64,000 nucleotides of DNA from Spizellomyces punctatus DAOM BR117. Taxonomy: Eukaryota. The notes under the pieces were generated by a model. That model was not told the DNA's origin and ran no database searches. It was given only the letters and a program-made list of their open reading frames with translations. Positions 1-12,566 of this stretch are shown here, in pieces (the first letter of the stretch is position 1; each line of letters opens with the position of its first letter). The translations under genes and the position numbers were made by a program. The stretch lies in the NCBI GenBank assembly GCA_000182565.2, contig KQ257451.1. One strand, written 5' to 3'.

Positions 1-995
<995 letters not shown>

Positions 996-1752
996 TTTAC
1001 AAAGTGGTCTGCCGAGGCTTGTTTGTCAAAAGCATAGCCATCGTCTCGGTAATCGTAAAGCAGACCCTCCGCCCACTCGCTCGATGCCAAGTGTTCCAAC
1101 GGTATGTTACTAATCAGCAAACAATCACTGAGTTACGTAGGCTATTTTTAGGTATGGTACCTTATTTGCGGGTTTCCCTAAGGATACATTCTGGTTTACA
1201 AAGAGTACCCTGATTTATCGGAGATACAAACCATATTCTCACGGAAAATGCCCGAACATTCCGTTCCAGCCCGCCCTACAACAAAGAACGCTTATCTCCG
1301 ATTACCCCAAGCACGATCTTATTCAGGACGAACAACAGACAACGCCAAGTGGCAGCAGGCATCTATAATGTTCATGCAGTCAATCAAATCGTTAATCATG
1401 CTTTTCACACTCGGCCATCGTGCATAGCGCATTTTGGGTCAATAAAAAGAGGTCCCTCCTTCCCTCCTGCATTCTTATCTTCATCCATTTTTCCAAGCAC
1501 GCAAAATGCTGCTGCTTTGGTGCCAAGGAACACATCCTCCGATATCGACAAGAACCGCGGTCTGTCCGACTTCTGTAACCTTCCCAGCCTTCTCCCACTT
1601 CGGACGTCCAGGTCACTGCCAAGATGTGGGACCCAGGAATGACTTTAACGAGACAATCGGGATCATGGAAATACTACCTGGTAGAAGACCGCATTTATTG
1701 TCATAGCCCTTAACTGCTTTACTGGAAGATCCCTCGTCGCCAGTTGGCTGTG

Positions 1753-2826
1753 TTATGATGCCCACGGCAGACAGTTTTCAGATCTCGCACATTCCCGTCG
1801 AAACCATCTTGTATCACAGCTAATTCGCCATCTTGCTGGTTGGACGACATTATTTGATGACATATGCAATGTATCTAAGCCGATAATGCACACGTCCCCC
1901 ATTTGCACATCAGCCGAGACCCATTGTATATCATCCCGGACCATTCCAAATTTGACGTGAATTTCCTCTGGGTTGTCTGCAATCCACCCACTCTGAGTAC
2001 CGTCCTTGCCAACCCTGCTATTGCCGTACGTAGCGCGGAGTCGAGAGAATTTAGGTGAACGGTGTGATCCGGGTGCCACCACAAGAGAACCAAGAGCGGT
2101 TGTGATGTCCCCAAGAGGAATCCAGGCGGTCGTCACTAAGGGGTAAGATGGAAAGTAGACACGGTCTACATGAGGTCCAGTATATAAATTTCGACCTACA
2201 GCTCGCAGCCACTTATACGGATGGCTTTGGATCTGTTCAGTAGGATGCCGGATAGAGGCAGAGTCCCTGTCATGTCTATCCTGTCGTAAGACCTTCTGTA
2301 CTTCATCACACAGAAGAATCTCAAAAATGCGATACAATGCTGAATGCTCCAGAACTTCTTTTACTGAATCACTGTTCGCCAAATCCTGACGGTTTAGCAA
2401 ACTGGGACTTGCATTGGTATTTTCACTCTTCTTCGTAACCGCGTCCATAACATCGCATCCAGGTTCAAGGAATCCTGTCTTGGCCAGGTCTTGGACAATC
2501 GTTCTCCGTGCTAGAAATACTTGCTCTCGTGGAATCAGTTGGGGAATGTACAGGTATCCGTCCCGTCTGAAGCGTTCACGTAGAAGGCTCGGTGAAGCGT
2601 TGGCAGGCGTCATAAGCATTTCGTTGACCGAGATGCTACCAGTTCCAGCAGATATCATTCGAGGGAAAGTGGAGTAACCTGTCTGACCTTCATTCCCGGT
2701 GTGATTTCCTTTGTCGGACGCCGGAGGTGCATCCTTGTGCCGAGTTCTAGAAGTAAATTCGTAGGGAGCAACTCTCGGTTTAGTTTTCGAGTTCGGTCGG
2801 GAAGGCGGTTTTGACCCGACTGTCAT
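1753..2826 (-). CDS. Phytanoyl-CoA dioxygenase (PhyH)-like Fe(II)/2-oxoglutarate oxygenase
   Basis: 357-aa ORF with FRRDGYLYIPQL, HxD (PHVD), AWIPLGD, GSLVVAPGSH, distal His (LHMS) and RISCDTRW. Confidence 0.85.
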   Translation of the reverse strand: MTVGSKPPSRPNSKTKPRVAPYEFTSRTRHKDAPPASDKGNHTGNEGQTGYSTFPRMISAGTGSISVNEMLMTPANASPSLLRERFRRDGYLYIPQLIPREQVFLARRTIVQDLAKTGFLEPGCDVMDAVTKKSENTNASPSLLNRQDLANSDSVKEVLEHSALYRIFEILLCDEVQKVLRQDRHDRDSASIRHPTEQIQSHPYKWLRAVGRNLYTGPHVDRVYFPSYPLVTTAWIPLGDITTALGSLVVAPGSHRSPKFSRLRATYGNSRVGKDGTQSGWIADNPEEIHVKFGMVRDDIQWVSADVQMGDVCIIGLDTLHMSSNNVVQPARWRISCDTRWFRRECARSENCLPWAS

Positions 2827-3015
2827 CCTGTCATTATCTTCGTTCCAGCTGACTTTTTACAGTGTTGCGTGCGTAGGCAGCACCCATTCCTGAGAGTTTT
2901 TTCGCAAGGTCTGGCTGGAAGGTTTCTCGTAGAAACTGGACAGGCTGTTGGGAGATCACGTGAACCATCCTGGCTCCAACGCTGCCGATTCTTGTGGGAT
3001 GCTTGAGAGTTCAAG

Positions 3016-3366
3016 ATGAATGTTCCCCACTCTCTCCTCGCACGACCAGGACCGAAAGAATGCGACAAAGCATGTCAGACGTTTGCTGATATTCTATCAT
3101 CCTCTCTGACTTTCGAAACCACAGGGCGAGACATCGACGCTACAGAGAAAAAGGAATGGGAGCACGAGGTACAGGGTTGGCGCGAACTCTGCACGCTAAT
3201 GTGCCGCGGCAAGGCTGTCGATAGCGCAACGGAAAACGGGATCAAGTCAGGTGGAAATGGAGGATTTACGCGGCTGACGGCAAAATGTTTGATGACGCTC
3301 GAACGCGTAGAGGATGTATTGGAATGCGAAGCGTTGAGGAAGGAGATGGAGCAAGCCGGATTCTGA
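3016..3366 (+). CDS. Small hypothetical protein (116 aa)
   Basis: ATG-initiated ORF with helical, charged composition, divergent from the PhyH gene; no recognisable motif. Confidence 0.35.
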   Translation: MNVPHSLLARPGPKECDKACQTFADILSSSLTFETTGRDIDATEKKEWEHEVQGWRELCTLMCRGKAVDSATENGIKSGGNGGFTRLTAKCLMTLERVEDVLECEALRKEMEQAGF

Positions 3367-3697
3367 CGTGAAGATCTTCCGACCGCTCCGATCCCGTATG
3401 TGAACCTGAATGCTGTGTGTTTCGGTCCACACCTACAGAAGCTGGATTCTGAAGTGAAAGTAATCCGCCTGCTCCAAATATGGCACACCCATAACAAAGC
3501 GTGCACAATGGTTTAGGATTTCCGATACATGCCAGCAACTAGCACAAACACACGGACGAAATCTGCCGAATTTAACAATAGGTGACTAGAGGCCGCTCAA
3601 CTCTGTTGACAAGCAGTCAAACCATGCTGAAAAGACCTTGAGTTCCTATATGATTTATGTGAATGTACAAAAAGGTCTCCCTGTGTGCAACTGTAAA

Positions 3698-6600
3698 TCA
3701 TTCGATATCCTCTTCCCATATCTCATTTGTTTGGGAAACCCCCTCTATGTTCCGCAACCAGCGCCTTCGTGGACTAGCTGGTGTATTGGAGTTAGAGTGC
3801 CAGCCTGCGGAAGGGGTGGGAAAAGCGCTATCCGATTCCTTCGGTGAACTCCCCTGAACAACTTCATTCTCTCGCGATAGGCCTTGCTGGTCATTGAATG
3901 CCGATGTCTCGGAATCTGCGCTATTTAGAGGAACAGGAATATTGCCTGCATTACGCTGCAGACGTCTAATGCTATCAACGATCGCCGATTCAGTTCTCGG
4001 TGACATCAACGATTCAGATGAATATGCGCGACCAAGCAACGGCTTTATTGGAACCAAGTCGAGTGAAGAGGGGAATTCCCGCGGGCCCGGAACCGACCGC
4101 CGATTCCCATGATCCGTATCTGACTGCTCTTCCTGGCTCACTTCCCCCGTATCGGTCGCATGTTGCAGTCTCCTTACGGCCACTATAGCAGCATATTCAC
4201 TTTGTGGGGTCAAGGCAGACACTGAATCTGATAAAGTGCGACGGTGCCCTCTTTTAAGAGTTCTTATTTGTAGGCGCGGCATCCCTTGCACTGGATCGCT
4301 TGGCGACCGTCCATGCAAGTATGGTTCACTTTTGTATCTGAATCGTCCGGTATTTAATCCCCGCACTTCGCTACGCTCCTGTGATCCCAAGTCCCCTTCC
4401 CCTATATCCTCGAAAATGGTGTTTCTTAGCATGCCTTTTGATGAATATTGGGCCCCAACGAGGCCTCCTCTGCTACCACTCAATCGGTTTCCAAGTCGCG
4501 GCATAGGTGGACGGATGGGTAAACCAAGGTTCAATTCACTTGAAAACGCAGCACGGGATGCTAAGAGGTTGACTGAAGAAAATATTCGAGATCCGAAAAG
4601 CTGTGCATGATTCAAAGCAGTCTGGCTGGGACGAGACAAGAATAGAGAGGTGGTAGAAGATGATTCGGATGAAGATCTTGACGTCGCAGATGGCGACTCT
4701 GAGGTCGAGGAAAGAGTGTCGGCGGAAGGATGCTGAACTTGATTTTCTGTTGGCGGCCGGCTCCCTTCCCATGTCTGGACTATCTCGATGAGACAGATGT
4801 AAGCGGCACATGCGACCAATAATATTATGGATCCAATGAGTTGGAGGGTGAAAGTAGTGTTCACAGCGGCCAAAGGCCTAGAGATGAATACAGGTATTCC
4901 CGACAATATGGTACCGACTGCTGCCAAAAATACATTCAGTCTTCGAGATGCCGGATAGGGAACAGCAAGTTGTACATTGGTAGCGGCGTTTTCTTGTGGA
5001 GCCGACGCTATGTTTTCGCTGGGCTGTTCATTCCCACCGGGGTCTTGCGCGGCGTCAGGTTTCTCTACCAAGCTATCTTCAGGCTGCCAGCGTGCAAGGC
5101 TTCTATTCTGAATATCTGCAGGCTCGGCATCTCGGCTCCATGACTTGAAATATCGCAGGTTACTGAACATTTTACGTGACCTTTCGATCAGATGGACCAC
5201 CCACAGCCGCATCCTTTCAGTGATGGCTGGCGTTGCTTGCAATCGTGCATTCAAAACCTCCAAGCCAATGGCCGCAGTTGTCACCACGCCCACTAATGTT
5301 AGTAGGTATCCGGCAAGATTCCCCTCAGTCGTCTCTGTTATTTTTCCGCGAGCTTTCGCGAAGCCTGCACCAAATACCACACACCCGATGCCTAAAGCAA
5401 GCACAATTCCCCTGGCAGTGTAAACGAAGAGCCTCTTTGGTGGTATCTCTACTTCCCCGCGATGGAGGAGTATTACAATGAGCGTGAGTGTCGCGATCAA
5501 GGTTATGATGCATCCTGATAGGGTGATGATGTTACCACCGCTGCGAGACGACAATGTTGTAGCGAAGCATGTCGCTCCTCCGGTACACAGAGCCAGAACG
5601 GCAGACACCGTACCTAACCACCCGGCAGTAGTCCATTGAGCGTAAATTCTTAAGATTACTAAAATGGGGACAGCCACGGAGACTACCGCGAAAATATCAA
5701 ACATCTCGCCAGTTGCTGCAGGTTCTGGTATCTTCCATATTCCAAGCCCAATAACGTAAAGCAGCCAGCTAACCCCTAGCACCATCACACAAATCCGAAG
5801 CAAATACTTGGAGTCTGCTGCGGATGGGAAATGAATCCAGTGTTCTGATTCTTCGTGATGACTCGGGTCCAATGCTAGCTTATCCTTTTCACCCTGCGTC
5901 AGATCCAAGTCGCCGCTTGGACGTACTCGTAGGATAATAAGGAGCACTTTTGAGAGAATAATAATCATGGAGCCTCCCGCAACAGCCGCCTCTCCCGTGC
6001 GACTCGGAGAAGATTGAGATGCCACGTTTACACATGCGAAGTGGAAAGTCGCAGTCGCTGACCACAAAACAATTGCTGATAACGCATACAGCATTGTTCG
6101 GATTCGCCGTCGGTCCAGTCGCAGATGAGTGAGATAGAGGCTTGCATAAAGTACACCGCAGGAAAGTAGCACAATATTTGCTGCTGCCTCCCCTGTCGAT
6201 TCTGGTAACGACCCTAGCGCATTGCACAAGACCCAAAACCCAATTGCGAAGACAATCCATCCTACTACACTCAGCGCGAAGAGCAGATGTGGGTACCGAA
6301 TCCTCAACTCGCGATTTGGCCAGTGTACCTCATGCTTCCGCGCCATCATAACTCCTGCCAAAAGCGCAGTTGCGGGAACTGAGTACAGAAGGCTTGCGAT
6401 CAGCATCCCAGTCGAAGGACTTGGTGTAGGCTCGGGGATACACCAGAAGAAAACGTAGCCTGCGGCAGCGATGGACGGCACCAGGGTGCCTAACCCAATC
6501 ACATAGTATCGATCTCTTGATATGATGAGCCAGCAGACGGCCATCACTATAGTGATGACCCCACTAATTGCGAAGACGAAGTGTCCGGCGAACAATCCCA

Positions 6601-9600
6601 AATTGGACGATGGTCGCAAACGCCAAAATGACACCACAAACGCTGCCCACGCGAAGGATGAGGTAGCAATCCCAAGTTTGAATATGACCTGAAGGTGGGG
6701 CCAGGCCAAAAGCACGCGATGAAGATCTGCAAATCGCTCCGTGGGTTTTTCATTAGGTTTTGATAGTTTATTTTCTCTAACAGGTTCTGCCAAGGTCGAG
6801 GCAGATACCATGACCTCAGAATGGCCCTGCTGCCGTGGGTATCTCCCAGACCATCGTCTCTCCGACTCCTCCTCAGTCTCAGCTTTGCACATCTCCCCTG
6901 TCAGGAAGGCATAAGAGATCCATACTTTCAAACCGATCATCAGGATCACAGTGCCAGCTAGAATAGATCGATCTCCTATGAGGGATTGCGAACCGCACGC
7001 AAAATTTGTGCAGTGCGCAAGGTGGCCACTTGATGCAAACCCCGCAGCGCCAATTTGTGTTACTGCCCCGGCGGTGATCACGGTCGGAAGAATGGTGGAC
7101 AGAATGATTTGCTGAAGCGCATCTGGGCGCACGGTTGTTGTGTTCGGATTGAGTACATTGCTTATCAATAAACGGGCTCCAAGGTAAGCGGCGAGACTAA
7201 GGGCTGAGAGCACAGCTCCTAAGATGGGGGCAACCGCGCGCAGCCCGATCGTCAACTGAACGGAGATGCCCACTCCAGCGATGTATGCAGACCATCCTGA
7301 GCTCCATAATATCAGTAGGGCAGAGAACACGCTTTTGCGGCCCCGTTGCTTTGACAGCCCAAGGGATGCCGTTGGAGGCAGAACAAGACGATGCGTCATC
7401 AGACACAGCAGCGTTGTCGCTGACACAAGAAACATGAAACCTCCTGCAATAACGCAGCATGAGGCAGCTAATTCGTCCGTTCCATCATTGACAGCTTGTG
7501 CCGCTGCATCAACAAATCGTCCCAGCGACGCCAAGCCAATGACCATGACGACGCCAGACACGATAGCTAGACGTCGACTGTCACGGAGCAGTGCAATTGT
7601 TGCTAACGCAATTGCAGTAGGAGCAGTACAGGAGAAAACGATTCCTGCTACCAGAACATCGGATTTCGCAAGATCTCCTGTCGCAGCCCCAAATCCCCCG
7701 ACGGCGATAATCCATCCCACAATTGCGATGATGGCTACAATTTTCCATGTCGACCACATTGTGGAATTTTGGGTAATCGACGTGAAGAAAACTGGTGTCC
7801 TGGGTGGCAGTGGCAAAGAGACATCCGACGTCCCACGACTCCACACTTCACAAATCTGTTGTCTCAAGCGTTGGCGCAAGGCCTTACTCTGGAGGGTGTC
7901 AAACTCCCATCCTTTGATCAATAGCGCCGAGGTTAGACAAGTCGCACAGATGATGGACCCTGAAAGCATCAAATTCTGATGAACCGTGCGGCTTGCTCCC
8001 GTTGAGTCCCCAATAACAGCGCCAAGAAAAACCAGCGCAAGTACCCCACTAGCTCCAGCTGCTCCATTCAAATGTCGCCCGTTCTGCTTGGACGACAGTA
8101 TAGAGGTCACCGCAGCTAGCGGCGTTGCGACCGCTGCTCCATAGAGGCCCAGAGGAAGTGACTTGCCAAGATCTGCCTGGTGTCTGCCTATTCCCACCGC
8201 CAGAATTATCCACCCGAAAACAGTTCCGATTGTCACTATAAGCACACTTCGCTCCGCCTCCATTCTTGTATGAGAGTAGCGGAATCTTGAAATGAAGGTT
8301 CTTAGTACTTGACAGGCCACATAGATCACTGCCCCGGCTAACATGAGGTGTTCTCCGGACGATGTTCCGTAGGACGCTGCTTGCGCAGCATGACCTGCAG
8401 ATAAGGCTGTGGTTGATGAGACGCACGTCGAAACAGGCAAGATCCAGCGGGTAGAATTGAATGTCATGACTACGGAAAGGCTCAATGACAGCGCGCCCAG
8501 GATACCGAAGATATAAGTCAGAGCAGATATCTGCGACAGTTCAGCGGCTTCCGCCCCGCCTATGACAAACATGCACCATCCTGCCAGAGACACCATATCG
8601 GCAATAGTGGCACCGATACGGGCTGTTTGTTTATTCATCAGCGTTACATGCGTGAGGATAGACTTGTGAAACACCGGATATCGCTCCAAATGAGGTTTAC
8701 GCATTTGAAGTCTAACTATCAGATATAGCGATCCCACCGAGATTATGACCACTGGAACGGTGGCCACCGCAACTGCCCATCGCGTTTTCGGAGAGGCATC
8801 ACGTAATGGAGAAGTCGGCGTAGATGTAGTAGGGGCTCGTGCTCCCGCATCTCCTCCTTGACGTTCTCCGAGTGCTGCTATCGCAGTACCGACGTTGTGG
8901 ACCACAACTGCATCAACTCCTGCCTGGCGGGCGAATTTGAACCCCGCTGATATTTCTGTCTGCTTCGTGAACAGGGCCGCAACTCTGTGCCCTCTCCTCT
9001 GCTCTGCTATTACAAGCAGGGGATTTGCAACTACATTTTCGAATGGGTAAACCATGATGTCCAGACCTAAAGATGGAGAAAAGTCAAGGGCCGACATGGC
9101 ACTGATGTCACGCTTATATCCTATGCTGAGGCTGACAGCCGGAAGATCTAGGTGCAGTAGATTGCGCAGCGCGGCAAGATTGGTAGGAATGAGAACTATA
9201 GGTGGCAGGCTTGAAGTGGTGGTGCAAATGTACTAGTGCCGAATAAGATTGATGGAGTCAGCAGATTAATATCACGTTCCATGGAAGGATACGACGCAGA
9301 CCAGAAATATGTACCTCTGCCAACCCCTTTACATTTGCAAGTGCGGCACCAGAATTAAAAAAGACTGTTCCACTCACTGTCTGCAACATACTTCCCGCTG
9401 CTGACGAGGTATCATATTGCTAACCAGAGGCAAGATTATTGGCTTTATATAGAAGTCGAAAAGGACTTGGACTCACCTTATAATTTACTAGGACACCCCT
9501 CGCTCTAGCGTCTGGTATCGGCGAAGTTCCGGGAATGACACTTTCCGCGTTCCATATCACATCAACTGTCCTTCCACCGCTGCTGTTGATCCCGTATACT

Positions 9601-11740
9601 GGAACAATTACTGCCAGCACGACAACAACAATCAACACCCCTACCCCAATACCCCAAAGGGCAAGTTGGCACTTTATGCCATTCCCAACCCGCTTTGCCG
9701 CTTCCGAAATCTCCCCTACTCCCAGTATAATACAACTTGCTGCCACCGCTAGATACATTCCGTTCAGAACCGTGGTGAAGAATGCGGCAAGCACCAGTAG
9801 CGACATAGACCAGCGAAGAGCACACTGGGTTGCGAGTCTCCATTCATTTGGAGGCGCTGTGGGAGATGTTCTTTCATCTGCGTTCTCAGCATGAACCCGT
9901 TTGATTTTCTTCCTACTTCCTCCTAATCGTCTCAATAGCCGACCGACACGGTCCATTTCCTGAGTTCGACCGGTGGTCGTTATCACAATCAAGGTTCCCA
10001 TCGGCCAAAGTCCGTACGCAAAGAAATATGCAAAATCCTTCCATACAAGGAAGGGGACAACTGTGGCAATAATTAGTGCGACAGCTAGAGAGATACGACG
10101 CATGCTGGAACGCAACAGAAAAGGGATCTCCACATTTCCAAAAGCATTCATTACAATTTGGCAGAAAATGACCACCGAATAGATCGTCAACAAGAGCGTC
10201 GGTAGACTGGTTCGGGTATCAGTTAACCAGGTGACATTCAGGACAAGAATAAGTACCAGCAAGCATGCTAGGAGGACGGCACTAGGAATTAGAACGATAT
10301 CCGCCAACGTGAATCTGGATGTGATCGCTCGTAACCAGTGATCGTCCTGCTCCTGGACAACATGGATCGCGTCCAGCCGATTGTGTCGCGGAGTGGTGAC
10401 AGGAGTAGGCAAGCTGCTGATGCGTCGCGAAGATTGGTCTAACCATTGCGAAGGTCGTCGGGGAGCGCCATATACAGAAGCACGACCAGGAACCACGCTC
10501 ATAGATCGTTGCCGATTATAGGAAGTATTCTCGACCGAGCTTAGAGCGGCGCCCCGCTCGGGTCCGATATCATGGACAGCTCTATCTTCGGCGGCGGAAT
10601 GGCTCCGAAAGCAGCACAGCAGAACAAGGATGCACCAAGTCACCAAATAGAACCACTCGTACAGATGTATCCAGACGTCTCCCTCCTCTGCTCCACGATT
10701 GGGACAAAAAATATCGAGCGTGAATAACACTGACAGTGTGGATGTAACAATCGTCAATCCTGACAAGGATAATGTGGCCAACAGCATCTATAGAAAATGG
10801 TCATTCATGTCCCGCTCGGGAGCTTACAGTTATCTAACATTGTAGCTCACCTCAACTTCAATGTATGTCGACCTCGAATCAACAACCAGCCCTCGTAGCC
10901 CACCAGTCACGGTAATTCCAGCAATGATGCCTCGTAGAATTTGGAGACAGACAAAGACTGCCCGCGTCGCATTTCTTAATCCACCTACTGGAACGACTGC
11001 TTCCGTTTTGAGTTGTGCCGCATATGCGCAGAACAATGCGAGGTATAGAACAGATAGTACTACGTAGAAGACGAAAGCAAGTCCCGCCCATGATGTACAT
11101 TGGAATTTGAAGGCGTGCATCCATGACCTACGAGCGCTGTGAGAATAAAATTTGAACCAATGACTTGTATACCAAGCTATTACCGATAGTTCAGGACGAC
11201 CAGAACAAATTGGATGCCGTAGACTAAGATCTCGCACAATGCAGAAACGATGTACCATCCAGGAGTCGATGCCATCACGTGGAGGGCAAATCCAGTGAGA
11301 TACGCTAACTCAACGCTACCGTCAGGCTCATGGGAACTAGGACAGTTACAAGCTACTAAAAGTCACCTTACCTATCCCCAGCAAAATTACGCCTACATGG
11401 AGACAAATATTCAAAATTTGGAATTCCGATAGATTCGTCAGCGCTGCAAAGCCGGTGAAGCGGTTATACTGTCTCAGAGTCTTGATCAGAGAGAGGAAGG
11501 AGGAGAGTATTCCAGAGAGAGCAAGAAGCGCATGCGCTGATGTATAGCCAATCTGCATGGATATAAAATGTACAGTCTAGAAGCTTGTCACTACAGCGCT
11601 TGCGATGTACGTACCTCGGAAATGTAATTAATCCATGGATCATCTGTCGCAAGGTCCCGCCATGCACACGATCCAGCAAAGTCTGAATCCTGTAAGATTC
11701 CGGACGCATAATTACACAAGGTGGTCGACATTGCGGTCAT
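3698..11740 (-). CDS. Giant polytopic membrane protein (~2,545 aa, ~47 TM): 7TM + 7TM + GDPD-like domain + 8 x 4-TM modules + disordered tail
   Basis: Predicted exons 11740-11615, 11576-11372, 11304-11184, 11136-10851, 10787-9477, 9419-9378, 9326-9315 and 9232-3698 join in frame through GT-AG introns (7,638 nt). They include the 1799-aa and 455-aa ORFs. Confidence 0.75.
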
Positions 11741-12053
11741 TGAGCTGGCTGAAAGAGCATCTGTAGGTAGAGGGTTGCAAGTGCCTTTGAAGCGGAGGCT
11801 TTCTTTAAGCCAAGGGCCCTGTTGTACGTTACCGTGAGCACACGGAGACCTTTACCATGAGCAGGGTATCGATCGGATTATGCCGTTCTATCATGACCTG
11901 ACATCCGCATACGAAGGCGTCTGTTCGATCTGCAGCTTGGCCCTTAATCCCCATGTCTAGAGAGCAGGTCACTCCATGCTTACGTCAAGCCGAACAACAC
12001 GTAGGTGGCACAGCTTGCAGTGTCCGAGAGTTCACTATTGTGTGTACTGTTGG

Positions 12054-12504
12054 TAGTGTAGAGGTGACAGAAAATGGCACTAGCTACTACACCAGGGAAT
12101 AAACCAGCGATAACTGGTTCGGAAAAGCCAAGTAATTCCCTCCTTACAACCAACCAACTACCACTAGGCCCAATTACACATGCAATACATTACGGTTTTT
12201 CTAACCGGGTAACTAAGCCCACCACCACGAGAGAAATCCTACTGTCGGAGGATGTTCAGATGCTTGCGAGTCGAGGATGGGTAAAGAGGAAAGGGGAAAG
12301 AGACAGAAGGTCCCCCTTTTATAGACCTTTGGCATGCGCCTCACCGCAGTTTAAAAAAAAAGTTACATTAGCCTGCCACACTGCAGTTTGGAGAATATTA
12401 GCAGGCTGCTTTCAGCGATGGGGGGTTCTGATTATGCGATATGATTAACCGGACTATCCGGATAATAATGGGTCTTAGTGCCATTTTTTATCACCTCTAC
12501 ACTA
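12054..12504. mobile_element. Non-autonomous TIR element (MITE-like), ~450 bp
   Basis: 12054-12082 (tagtgtagaggtgacagaaaatggcacta) matches the reverse complement of 12476-12504 at 27/29 positions; no credible internal CDS. Confidence 0.75.
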
Positions 12505-12566
12505 GAAAGCATCTACATGATGAGGTACATAGCAGGACATTGAAAATTGTTTTCTACTTAGATACA

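Noticed and set aside
1248-1712. Short plus-strand ORFs between the kinase and PhyH genes
   Set aside because: I could not assemble a convincing spliced model or recognise any motif.
3698-9097. Calling the giant membrane protein Piezo or an MFS/ABC transporter
   Set aside because: No Piezo PFEW/cap/pore region, no Walker motifs and no MFS signature; the resemblance to Piezo is architectural only.
11828-11863. Two ttacc(g/a)tgagca copies as RFX X-boxes upstream of the giant gene
   Set aside because: Only half-site matches; too weak to call without enrichment data.
12074-12448. 124-aa ORF as a gene or transposase
   Set aside because: It lies wholly inside the TIR element, has no DDE or other motif, and is probably incidental.
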